Positions 51,243-64,000 of a stretch of 64,000 nt of DNA are shown piece after piece. The DNA is from Eledone cirrhosa (taxonomy: Eukaryota): NCBI GenBank assembly GCA_964016885.1, contig OZ024745.1, positions 25,792,001-25,856,000 of the forward strand, written 5' to 3'. The notes under the pieces are model-generated. The model searched no databases. It was not told where the DNA came from and was given only the letters and a program-made list of their open reading frames with translations. Position 1 is the stretch's first letter, and every line of letters starts with the position of its first letter. The position numbers and the translations under genes were made by a program.

Positions 51243-51820
51243 TTGGTGTCAGGAAGGGTATCCAGCCATAAAATATTACCTTAAAATTCTCTCATCCAAC
51301 ACGTTAACATGGGAAAGCAGACATAAATATAATGATAATGATGATGATGATGGATTTGGTAATGTGGTTAGCATTAGGAAGGGAATCCAACTAAAGAAAC
51401 CGAGCCAGACACAGCTTTGTATGTGCAAGACACAGTCACCTGACCTGACTTGTCTCAAATAGGACAACTCATCTAACCCATGTTAACATGGCAAACTGGA
51501 CATTAAATGAGGATAATGATGTTTACTGACGATATAAGAAAGGAATCTGTACAGCAGTTGCTGACATGAGAAACAAAAAAAAAAACAAAAAACTTTTATA
51601 TTGAGAACTTTTATCAAAATTTACCTTGGCAAATGATTATAAAAGTTGTTACATTACACACTGCAAAGAGGTTGATGGAAGGTCATCCAACTGTAGAAAC
51701 CATGGAATCTACTGAGTGAGACATGGTCCACTCACCTGTTTTGGTGGACAGTAACTCTCACCAACTGCTGATTTCATTCAACCCATGCCAGGGTGGGAAA
51801 ATAAATGGAAAAAGGATAAT
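51243..51820 (+). mobile_element. Cluster of three old RTE-tail-related SINE relics
   Basis: ggaagggcatccagc...acccatgc(c/t)agcatgg...atgatgatg motif, also at 2785, 61665 and 63165(-). Confidence 0.65.
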
Positions 51821-52542
51821 GATAAAGGTTTCTTGATCTTGGCTTGCTCTGTAGTGTACTATGGACTTGAAGGAACATAAAATAGATTTTTATCCTTAGC
51901 TTGAATGATTAGGCCATGAGTTAAAATCTTACTATGTATGTATGGACCCATAACTTCTGATGGAATCATTTGGTGCCATAGTGATATACAGCATATCTTG
52001 AGCATTTAAAGTCTGAACACAGCTGATTTATTCCAGAGAAGGAGAGAGTGAGAAAGAGATTTAGGGGAAGAATTGACCCCAGTATTGGACTGGTTCTCTT
52101 TTTCAATTGATCCTGAAAGGATTAAAGGCAAAGTTGACCTCAGTAGGTTTTAAACTCAATGACTGTAGAGAGCCAGAATGAATATTGTAAAGCATTCTAT
52201 CTCATATTCTAACAACTCTACCAATTTGTTGCCTTACTACTAACATTTTATCATGCCCAACAATAATTTGTAATAATTGTCAGTTGACAATTATTATTTA
52301 TGATATTATTATGATATTATTTATCCTATTGATATTGGTTTATGTTTGTTTCAATTGAAAGGGAGTCAAATAATCTTTTTCAAATACTTGCATTTGTAGA
52401 ATATAACCACAGCTAACAAAAGGGAAACTCTATAAAGTTGTTTGTGATTGGAAAGGCATTCAGTTGTAGAAAGCTTGTCAAACAAAGGTTTTGAAGGACT
52501 CTTTGGTTATGTGAAATGCATAACAACCTCCTTAGCATTGGT

Positions 52543-52646
52543 GATCTAGTGTTGGCCCATCTAAGTAGATCTAGTGTTGGCCCATCTAAGAGATCTAGTG
52601 TTGGCCCATCTAAGTAGATCTAGTTTTGGCCCATCTAAGTAGATCT
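52543..52646 (+). repeat. ~25-bp tandem repeat x4
   Basis: gatctagtgttggcccatctaagta. Confidence 0.9.
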
Positions 52647-53381
52647 ACTGCTAGTGGAAAAGACATGTTAAATGATGATGTATGTAAGATATATTAACTA
52701 TTTCCATTTTTTCCACTATATTTATCTTATCAGCATTAGTTTATAGATTCTATTATATGTAGTGAGTAGTCACTCCACCTGATAGAAATAGCAGCCAAAT
52801 ATTTCTTAAATTATACCCTACCATTTTAACCTTTTTTGTTACCATTATTTCTAATAGAAGACATGTTCTTAGATATAATTATGATGGAATGTGTTAAGAT
52901 AAATATAAATATAAATACTTTAGGACTGCTTTCAGGGTTGGTATCAAAAGGGTTAAAAGAAAAAAAATAGGGATGATCTTTGGTGGTACACTTTTCATTA
53001 TATATCTCCTCAATCAGGGATGACTTGTTTTTAAACAACAAAAACATCAATGCTGCAGGTGAATGTTTCTGATAAGTAGTTAGAATAAGAAAGGGACAGA
53101 AGGTGCTTTCAAACTGAAGACTTGTGTGCAAATAAACTGGACTCCATTAAAATTTGTCCAAAGGCTAGATTAATTTAACACAATGGGATTTGAACTAGAA
53201 CAAATCCTGACACTAACAATTCCACTGATATCATGGGCTGGTACTTTATTTGATTATCTCTGAAAGGATGAAAAACAAAGTTGACCACAGTAGTATTTGA
53301 AGCTAGGGTTACAAGATCCAGAACAAATACAAGGCATTTTGTTATGTTTTAATGATTGCTAACTTGCCAGCTATCTGTTAG

Positions 53382-54291
53382 CACATTGAATGTGCTCAGG
53401 CGCTCACAGTCCTCTTTCAAGTGGGCACAGCAATCAGTGGAGACTCCACTTCGACGTTCTATAGAGGGTTAGTACGTTGCAAGTGCGACGACATGCTCGG
53501 AGAGGCTCTGGGCATCGAAGACGATGAGCTCTCCAGTCTGTTCGGTAGGACTTTCCGCCCAGGACCCATGGACAACTTCCAGAGGTCCCTGGCCTGGCAG
53601 TGCTACAAAGGAGCTCTACCAGTTCGAGACAAGATCTACAGGCACGGACGCCCCGACAGGGATCCTTCCAAGAGGACGTGTCCAAGATGCGAGCAGGACA
53701 TTGAAACCATCTTGCACGCAATTGTACACTGCCCAGGCATAACCGACCTGTGGAACTACGCAGAACAACTGCTGTCGCGTATGGGACAAATCCAGTTGAC
53801 TGCCAAGTCCATAGTAAGGATCAAACCGCCAACTTCTTTCAAAAACGAAAGAGAGGCGGTTTTCCTCTGTATAGTGGCTATGGTAAAAGAGATTATATGG
53901 TGGACGAGATTGAGAGGACTGAGGACAGATGCCTTTCTCTCCGGACAACAACTCATTCCCTTCTTTAGGTACCACTTTAGAAGGAGAATCAGAGTGGAGA
54001 GAGAAGCACTGCACCCCAGTAAATTTACTGAAAGGTGGGTGAATGTAGCAAAAATGGCCCAAGTGATTGGGCCTACTCTGTATATAAACGTGTAGGTTGA
54101 AGAAGAGAGCAAAAGGAAGGAGCACTTGCACAACACACTCCTGAAGTTGAGGGCTGTTCTATCGACGGGGTATTGAACAACCCATTTGTAATGCCCCCCC
54201 CCCCCCCTATTGGGGATTTCGATTGTTAAATTTGTTTGTTGATAATATTTTTTTACAGCGATTGTGCGCCCTTGTGGCAAATAAAGAAATA
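53382..54291 (+). mobile_element. 5'-truncated Tx1/L1-clade LINE (ORF2 C-terminal zinc finger + 3' UTR)
   Basis: CPRCEQDIETILHAIVHC (CCHC, zf-RVT type); AATAAA; 10-bp TSD tatctgttag at 53372-53381 and 54292-54301. Confidence 0.88.
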
Positions 54292-54432
54292 TATCTGTTA
54301 GTAACAAATAGTTTCTCTCTCTCTGTGAGAGGGCAGATATCAGGCAACCTATATAAGTAAAATGTAATGATACACAACAGTAAGATATGAACATTGCTTC
54401 ATAGGGATCTACAGCAGTTGAAGAGAAATGGG

Positions 54433-55108
54433 TTAACACTTTCATTACCATATTTCAAATGAAATATAATTTACCTGTACTAATTAATGAAGAATTTGGA
54501 GTGATTTATTAAAGTTATTAATTATTTCCTTGCTAAGATATTTGTAATATAACTTAACAAAAGGTTCTTATCAAATTATTTTGAAAGATTTAAATTTATA
54601 TAGGAAGTGAGAAATTTATATAGGTAGTGAGACATGGGCAGCAACTGCAGAGGATATGTGACGGCTGGAGAGAAATGAGGCAAGCCTGCTCCGTTGGATG
54701 TGCAATGTCAATGTGCGTGAACGACCCAGCATGAATTTGTTGAGAGAGAAACTGTCTGAGAGGGATAAAATGTAGTGTGCGAGAGTGGCATGGACATGTG
54801 ATGCGCACGGTGGATGACCGATGGGTGAAGAAGTGCCAGGAAATGCCATTTGAAGGAAGACGGGGTAGAGGTAGACCACGAAAAACATGGGCGGAGGTGG
54901 TGAGAACAGACCTCAGATCGCTGAAGCTCACGGTGGAGATGACGAAGGACCGTGTCAAGTGGAGAGATGCTGTGCTGAATAAGACCCATCCCACCCTTGC
55001 AAGCAGGGAAAAGCAGACGTAAAATGATGTTAGGAACTCTTTAAAATTAATGGTTTTGTTTCATAGAACCAGTGGTATTTTTAGGTTGGTTGGTATCAAA
55101 AGGGTTCA
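54433..55108. mobile_element. TTAA-type MITE interrupted by an RTE fragment
   Basis: ttaacactttcattaccatattt ... ggttggtatcaaaagggttca. Confidence 0.55.
54615..55030 (+). mobile_element. RTE-clade LINE 3' fragment
   Basis: WHGHVMR..DRWVKKC..EGRRGRGRPRKTWAEVVRTDL..DRVKWR. Confidence 0.9.
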
Positions 55109-55779
55109 CTATAATCTATTGAATTAGCAATGTTAACTTCAATAAAGGAACTCAGAGAGTAAAACTTACAGCAAATGAACCTCTGTTGGGTTTTTTTTAA
55201 GTGTATTTCAAATGTTCTTATTAAATTTACATGTTATTTACTGAGCATTCGACAGACATTTGTATCCTTAACATCCTTCTCAGGGAGATTCAGCTTTACA
55301 TAGTATATTGAACCAGGAACCTCAGTTTGTAATCAATTGGAAGAGAGTGTTATGGATTTCTATTGATTTATTTTACTGCGAGTGTTCCAGTTGTTTGATC
55401 AATACACCAACTTGCTCATGAAATTAACAAGCAAATAGCTGAGTATTCTATAGACACACCTGCTGTTAATATAATTATTAAGGAGATTCAATGTGACAGT
55501 GTGTGTGACAAAACTGGTACAATCAATCTGATAGGCTTCTGAACAATTTTTCTCCAGCCGCTTTCTCTCAAAAAGCTTGGGTTGACCAAAAGCTATGGGA
55601 ATGCAACTTCTCCAAGATGCCATGATGTAGGATAGCACCTGGAATCTCATGATTGTGAAATGAACTTCTTAAACATTCGTCAATGCTGCATTTATAATTG
55701 GAGAGAATGGTTGGGCATTGTTGATCTAATAAGAAGAGATGATTGTTGATGATTGTGGACAAGTAATGTAAGAGTGCAA

Positions 55780-56345
55780 AGTTATCAGTTGTTAATAATA
55801 GCGTAGGAAAACTTGGTATAAAGAAGTGATAAACAAATCCTTTATCAGAGAGAGAACATAGCTTTTGAAAATAATTGGTTTTAGCTTAGAGTTAACTGAT
55901 ATTACCCTTGTACAGAATTTCATTTGTAAGATGCTGCAGCCTACCATTTTTGAATTTTACCCATTTAATTACCATCCTCTTAGTCATTATCTGCCCACTT
56001 AAAGGTGAAGACCTCTATAAACTAGTGTCAATTGTTCCTATCCCCTTCTGCTCTCAACTATCTCTAAAGTCTGTCTTGAGCCTGGAGTTTTATCAGGCCA
56101 GTGTTTATCCTGGGTTGTGTCGCGTGAAGCGATTGAGAGTACAAAACTGCCCCCCTAGGCAGGATGCCACTCCGTTGCAGGGTTAAATCCCCAGCTTTTG
56201 CTGGTACTCATTTTCAGCTGAGTATATTGGAGCAAAGTGAAATGAAGTGTTTTGGTCTAGAACACAACACACAACCCAGTCCAGGACTCGAACCCATGAC
56301 ATTATGATCATAAGTCCAACACCCTTACCACTAGGCCATGTACCT
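55780..56345 (-). mobile_element. Family-B tRNA-derived SINE with a long 3' extension
   Basis: B box ggttcgagtcc; tail shared with 7215-7545. Confidence 0.75.
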
Positions 56346-58653
56346 TCACTCCTCACCTATGTAGCACCAATAAAATCATTTATCTCTCCTTAAATTCTAT
56401 CTTTTTCAATAATGTAAAACTGCTCCAATTGGCCTCCATTCTTTATTACTAGTTAACTTCAATGACCTCATAGGGTTAAATAACTTTTAAAATCCTCCCT
56501 GCATTAAAGATGTTACCATTATTTAGTTATTTAGTCTCTAAATAATTCCCTTTTTCCTGAGCTAACCAATGTACAAATACTTCCATCACTACTTTTGCAT
56601 CAGATTGGGCTATATTTTGCTGATGAAGACAGAATAAAACTAAAACCTGTCTGGAGTTCTCTCCCATATTAACCAGAAAAAGGAATATTTTAGTCATTGT
56701 ATTTTGCCTCATAGTGTATATATTTCTTGTTAACATATTTAATGAAGAAAGCATTAACAAGTTAACATAAACCCAACTAGCCATCATCTGGTTTCAGTTT
56801 TGTGCTGTCTTAATCTTAAAAAAATGTATCAAAACCAGTGATATGAAGATGAGTCATCATCATCATCATTTAGCTACTGTTCTCCATGCTAACAAGAGTT
56901 GGGTGTGTTATCACAGACTTGTCACTACTTGAACAGAGACACAACTGAAGAGTAACTCTTAAAAATGTTCTACCATTTGATGCAGTCTAAGCATAAATTT
57001 CTAAATTTTCCATGAAAGAAATTTTCCATACTTTATCTATTAAATACCAGTGTTTTAAATATTTTCTCATTTATTTTTATTCAATTTCTATATTGCTGAA
57101 ATTTTGATCACGAGTCCTGCACCTTAACCAATAGGCCATATGCCTTCTCAGGCATATAGCTTAATGTTAAGGGTACTGTGGTTACAATGATTAGGTCATG
57201 GATTTGATTCTTGGGCTGAGTGACACATCATGCTCATAAGCAAGTCCATTCATCTGAAAAATGAGTACCAACAGCAGCTGAAGTACTGACCTTGCTATGG
57301 ACTGATGTTCTGTCTAGGCTTGAGAAAGAATTTTAATGAAACCTAACTTCCAAACAATATCTGATCCTATAAACCCTCCTCAACCCTCATACCAAATAAG
57401 CAATCATTCTGTTATTAATTAAGATAAGATATAGGGTGGTGGATTGATAGTATCGGTGGAGCATCAGACAACATGCTTTGTGGCATCAATTACAACCCTT
57501 AATGTACTGAGTTCAAATCTCAGTTTTGCCTGACATCCTTACCGGGTTGATAAAATACAGTACCAGTAATGGACTGGAGTTGATTTAATTCACAAAATTG
57601 TTGGCATTGTGTTTATATGAGAAAGGATTGTTAAGATAAATTAATCTAGTCTACAAAGAAGTTAGATCCTGGAAGGTTTGCATCAAACAAAGCTATAAAA
57701 AGATTTTTGGATGAAAAAGCAATCTATTAAGACACTACACTATACAAATTCTTCAAAACCAAAATGATCAGAAGATAGTTCACTGTCAAGGACATGATAA
57801 CCTCCCTAGGGCCATGGTACAGTACACTCTATAAAGTGGTTGGAACAAGGAAGGGAATCCTACTTAGAAACAATGCCAAAACTAAAATATAAGTGAGACA
57901 TAGCTTCTAGTCTATCTAGAAGGACAGTAGCTCTGATTAAGTACTAATTCGGTCTGTGGAGTCCTATACAATTCATGTCAGAATGGAAAAACTGATGTTA
58001 AATGGTGATGATGATAAATCTCAACAAGGAAAATCTAAACTTTATGACTTGATATAAGATGTCAATCTTCACTTCTATACAATATAATACTAATAATTTG
58101 ATTAAACACCACTGATTGATATCCATGTTATAATAAAGCCATATATAGATTGATATACAGGTGTCATGGATGAGTGGTTGTGAGGTGTACGTCACAACTA
58201 TGTGGCTTGTTATTTCACTGAATAACATTGAGCAAGTGTCTTCTATTTAGACTAGAACTGATCAATGCTTTGTAAGTGAATTTAGAAGATGGAAACTCCA
58301 TGGATGGGTGTCATATATATGTGTTTGTGTATATATGTTTATATATATGTGTGTGTGTGTCTGTGTGTATATGTGTGTATATATAAATACAAAGAGTGAC
58401 AATAAGAAGTCAGATTTGCAGTTTGTTATGAAACTTTATTGTATATTACAATTGTGTTGATATCAATCAGCTTGGGTTTGATCAGGTGATCAGATCCCAA
58501 TGCTTAATCGACACTTTTTCAGATATGCAAGTTTACATACTTTACAAGTTTACAAACTCATATAATAACATATATGTATATATGTATATATATATATATA
58601 TATATTATGAAAATAAACCAAAGAAGCCTTCAATACATCAAAAGTCTTTATTA

Positions 58654-58691
58654 GCCAACAATGTTTCATCCTATTAAGGACTCATCAGGGC
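58654..58691 (-). ncRNA. Type I hammerhead ribozyme, intact core
   Basis: gcc CTGATGA gtcct taat aggat GAAAC att GTT ggc, then t AATAAA. Confidence 0.8.
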
Positions 58692-58734
58692 AATTAAATC
58701 TATAAGAAGCACTATCGGCCAATAAAAGCCACAA

Positions 58735-59432
58735 TATATATATATATATGTGTGCATATATATATATATGTGTGTATATATATATGTATGTGTGTGTATA
58801 TATATATATATGTGTGTGTATATATATATATATGTGTGTGTATATATATATATATGTGTGTGTATATATATATATATATGTGTGTGTATATATATATATA
58901 TGTGTATATATATATATATATGTGTATATATATATATATATATGTGTATATATATATATATATGTGTATATATATATATATATGTGTGTGTATATATATA
59001 TATATGTGTGTATATATATATATATATATGTGTGTATATATATATATATGTGTATATATATATGTATGTGTGTGTATATATATATGTATGTGTGTGTATA
59101 TATATATGTATGTGTGTGTATATATATATATATGTATGTGTGTGTATATATATATATATGTATGTGTGTATATATATATATATATGTGTGTGTATATATA
59201 TATATGTGTGTGTATATATATATATATGTGTGTGTATATATATATATATGTGTGTGTATATATATATATATGTGTGTGTATATATATATATATGTGTGTG
59301 TATATATATATATATGTGTGTGTATATATATATATATGTGTGTGTATATATATATATATGTGTGTGTATATATATATATATGTGTGTGTATATATATATA
59401 TATGTGTGTGTATATATATATATATGTGTGTG

Positions 59433-59523
<91 letters not shown>

Positions 59524-60681
59524 ATATATATATATGTGTGTGTATATATATATATGTGTGTGTATATATATATATATGTGTGTATATATATATATATGTG
59601 TGTGTATATATATATATGTGTGTGTATATATATATGTGTGTGTATATATATATATGTGTGTATATATATATATATGTGTGTGTATATATATATATGTGTG
59701 TATATATATATATATGTGTGTATATATATATATATGTGTGTATATATATATATATGTGTGTATATATATATATATATGTGTGTATATATATATGTATGTG
59801 TGTGTATATATATATATGTGTGTGTATATATATATATGTGTGTGTATATATATATATGTGTGTATATATATATATATGTGTGTATATATATATATATATG
59901 TGTGTATATATATATGTGTGTATATATATATATATGTGTGTATATATATATATATGTGTGTATATATATATATATGTGTGTATATATATATATATATGTG
60001 TATATATATATATATATGTGTGTATATATATATATATATGTGTGTATATATATATATATATGTGTGTGTATATATATATATATATGTGTGTGTATATATA
60101 TATATATATGTGTGTGTATATATATATATATGTGTGTGTATATATATATATATATGTGTGTGTATATATATATATATATGTGTGTGTGTATATATATATA
60201 TGTGTGTGTATATATATATATATATGTGTGTGTATATATATATATATATGTGTGTATATATATATATGTGTGTGTATATATATATATGTGTGTGTATATA
60301 TATATATGTGTGTGTATATATATATATGTGTGTATATATATATATGTGTGTATATATATATGTGTGTGTATATATATATATATGTGTGTATATATATATA
60401 TGTGTGTGTATATATATATATGTGTGTGTATATATATATATGTGTGTGTATATATATATGTGTATATATATATATATGTGTGTGTGTATATATGTGTGTA
60501 TATATGTGTGTGTATATATATGTGTGTGTATATATATATGTGTGTGTATATATATATATGTGTGTGTATATATATATATGTGTGTGTATATATATGTGTG
60601 TGTATATATATGTGTGTATATATATATATGAGTGTATATATATATATGAGTGTATATATATATATGTGTGTATATATATAT
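58735..60681. repeat. ~1.95-kb compound (TA)n(TG)n array
   Basis: Direct reading. Confidence 0.95.
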
Positions 60682-61820
60682 GGAAAAAGATGAAAGAAAG
60701 GGTCTCAAAGTCAACCTGACAAAGACTAAGGTCCTTGTAAATAGACTAGAAAACAGAACCCAGATCCCCTCAGGCAAATGGCCTTGCTCAGTATGTAGGA
60801 AAGGTGTAGGTAGGAACTCCATTCTCTGCCCCAAATGCAAACAATGGGTACACAAGAGATGTAGCGGGATCTCAGGAAGCTTAATTAAGAATGTAGGCTT
60901 CACATGTAGCAGCTGTGCTGGGGCAGCAAACAGCCACAGGAAACAAGTACCACCAATCTCTAGGAGGGCTCTGTAGAAACAGTAGACAGCTTCTGCTACC
61001 TAGGTGACCGAATTAGCAGCGGAGGTTGGTGTTCAGAAAGTACAATAACTAGGGTAAGAACGGGATGGAAGACATTCAGGGAACTACTGCCACTGCTAGC
61101 TGCAAAAGGCTTTTCCCTCAAAATGAAAGGCAGACTGTATGATGCGTGTATATGAACAGCAATGTTACATGGTAGTAAGACCTAGGCGCTGAAGGTGGAA
61201 GACTTACGTAGATTAGAAACAAACGAAGCCTGCATGCTCTGATGGATGTGTAATAGTAATATACGCGAACGGCAAAGCATAAATGAATTGAGAGAGAGAC
61301 TGAGCATAAGAGGAATCAAATGCTGTGTGCAGGAGTGGCGGTTGCGTTGGTATGGACATGTGATGCGTCTGAAGGATGACAGCTGCATAAAAAGGTGCAG
61401 AGCACTAGAAGTCATTGGAAACCGCGGAGTGAGGAGACCCAAGAAGACCTGGGATGAGGTGATAAAAGCCGACCATACCCAATTACAGCTCTCAAAGGCG
61501 ATGACACACGACCGTGACCTCTGGCGTCATGCAGTAATACAGAGTACCCGACCTCCCATGGGTACAAGCTGAAGCATATCGACAATATGCCCCCCACACC
61601 CTCCCACTGTAAAATGGACGTGGAGGTGCCACGGCAAAAAAGCACCCAGCACTCACTGTAAATGAGGTTGGTGTTAGGAAGGGCATCCAGCTGTAGAAAT
61701 CAAGCCAAAATCAGTTCCTGTGTGAGCAAGGCATGGTCAGCTGATCAGACACTGCCCACAATAGGACAACCCGTCTAACCCATGCTAGCATGGAAGAACG
61801 GACGTAAAATGGTGATGATG
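60682..61820 (+). mobile_element. Decayed RTE(-X)-like LINE 3' part with PHD-like Cys cluster
   Basis: [58 protein letters not shown]; stops and frameshifts. Confidence 0.9.
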
Positions 61821-62061
61821 ATATACATCTATATATTTAGACTTAAGGCATATTTACATATATGCTTACTAGCATAAATACACACATGTATTATATAACT
61901 CTTACATACATATGCACGCATAGAAAAGCAGATGTAAAAACGATAATGATGACATAATATATATACACAAACTTGCATATATTAACATGTACATATATAA
62001 CACTTGTATATATTGGCATATACATATATACACATTTTCTCTCTCTCTCTCTCTTTCTCTC

Positions 62062-62099
<38 letters not shown>

Positions 62100-62178
62100 C
62101 ACACACGCATGTCTCCATATTTATATATATAACTCTATAGACATTTGCATATACACATGTGGAGATATGTAGATATGT

Positions 62179-62237
<59 letters not shown>

Positions 62238-62299
62238 GCATTAGTTTTGATGAACAGTATTGCAGTTGCTCAATCTACGGAACTAGCAGCATTATATGT

Positions 62300-62640
62300 A
62301 GGGCAGTGGATTGGCAGTGTATTGGTAGAGAGTCGGACGCCATGCTTTTCAGCAAAGAGTTACGGCCCTTTATCGTTCAAATCTTGCCGGGGTTAACTTT
62401 GCCTTTCCTCCTTACGGGATCGATAAAATAAAGTACCAGTAATACACTGGGATAAGTGGACTGGCACTATCGGTCAAGCATCAGTCACCCTGCTTCGCAG
62501 CATAGATTTACAGCCCTATGTGTTCTGAGTTCAAATCCTGTTGAGGTTAGCTTTGCCTTTCATCCTTACACTGGGATCGATTTAATCGACTTTCCTCTCC
62601 TCAAAAATTGCAGGCCTTGTGCCTAAATCTAAAACCATTA
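62300..62640 (+). mobile_element. Two tandem family-A SINEs
   Basis: Homology to the 8516 and 16640 copies. Confidence 0.8.
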
Positions 62641-63589
62641 TATGTAATGTAATGTTAGCTTCTAGCAGAATCAATGTGACATATTATATATAAGCAGCTG
62701 GCCCTTTGAATTACAGGAATAGTCTGTATGACAGGTTCGACATAGTGCCTGCCTAGCCAATTTCAATCCAAATGATTGCTCTGTGCTGAAGCTATGGTTG
62801 AGGACTCTTGTTCAAATTCCATCTCGGTATGATCAAACCTGGGGCATCATGATGAGATTGAACATTTTAACCATGCACCCATTCTTACATACACATAATT
62901 TTATTTACATATATATGGCATTATACAGAGGAGCTGGTAATAAAATATTGCCTTGAAAAAGTCTTGTCAAACCCATGTCAGCTTGGGAAATGGGTGACAA
63001 AACAACGATGGTAATGATCATACAGGTTTAAAGGTATACAGAGTTATTGACATTAAACTTATATTTTTACAAGCTCATCATGAGTGACAGTGGATTCATG
63101 CTGGAAGTCTGTAATATTAACCTCTATGAGATTCTTTCATCAAATAGATCTTCCTCCTCCTCCTCATCATCATTTAACGTCCATTTTTCATGCTAGCCTG
63201 GGTTGTACCATTGTAAGTCAACTCAGATGACTGTGTCTTGTTCATACAGAACCATTTCTGGCTTGGGTTCGACAGCTGGAGGCCCTTCCTAATGCCAACA
63301 GATATGAACAAATTTTTGGAAAGACTGGGATATGACCAAATATTTAGACCATCAACCTCTTCATGGAATCTTTGACCTGACCCCTCATCGACCTATACTA
63401 AAATCAATAAGCAAATAAATCAATCAGTGAACACTATATAAAATAAATATGCAGTAGAGGTTAATTATATATAAATCAGAAACCTGTATAAACAAGTTGT
63501 ATTTTATTGTATTAATTTATGTATTGTTCCATTGACCCTCTGTTGTCCTATCAGATGGTAGCACTAATGCTGACAACATTACAGACCTC

Positions 63590-63870
63590 TACACTAGTGG
63601 TAACAGTGTTGGGCTTAGGATCATAATGTTGTAGGTTCAATTCCTGGACAAGGCTGTGTGTTGTGTTATTAAGCAAAACACTTCATTTCGTGTTGCTCCA
63701 GTATACCCAGCTGAAAATGAGTACCAGCAGCAACAGCTGGGGGTTTAATCCTGTGATGGACTGGTGTCCTGTCCAGAGGGGAGTCTTGTACTCTCAGTCA
63801 CTTCATGCCATGAAAACCAGGATGAGCACTAACCTGATGAACCTCAAGGCTTGAGGCAGACTTTAGACAC
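63590..63870 (+). mobile_element. Family-B tRNA-derived SINE
   Basis: B box ggttcaattcc; cagctgaaaatgagtaccag central region. Confidence 0.8.
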
Positions 63871-64000
63871 TAAGACATGGAGATTAGTGGAAGCTGCAAA
63901 TTAGGCTCATATAGTCATGGAAGGTTACACTTTATTGGCTTTGATAATTTTTAATTTTACTGTTTAGTTATGAAATGAAGAAGGATTGTTTGAATGTTGG

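Noticed and set aside
58666-60903. 627-745 aa ORFs
   Set aside because: Microsatellite read-through into an RTE fragment.

Overview
Eukaryotic, very AT-rich, repeat-dominated DNA. The SINE families, RTE/Dong/Tx1 LINE relics and multi-kb (TA/TATG/CA)n arrays look like an octopus (coleoid cephalopod) genome; this is an inference. Almost all long ORFs in the track are microsatellite artefacts. Supportable content: tRNA-derived SINEs, Tc1/mariner and TTAA-type MITEs, a non-autonomous Helitron, 5'-truncated LINEs (two R4/Dong-like in (TACA)n, one Tx1/L1-like with a 10-bp TSD, two RTE-like) and a 200-N gap. Main findings: (1) About a dozen type-I hammerhead ribozyme motifs of the Penelope-like kind, seven with intact core boxes and most followed by AATAAA; two carry long stem-II insertions and one is split by a Helitron. 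(2) A young ~610-bp bipartite RTE-derived element, in 3 full copies plus a 3' fragment, each running into a TA-rich array, with a discrete, strongly structured 5' end (candidate self-cleaving RNA). (3) Several long fold-back palindromes and strand-polarity switches at (TA)n. (4) A CpG-rich island at ~46.6-47.05 kb between a CpG-retaining left domain and a CpG-depleted right domain, with tentative divergent spliced genes.
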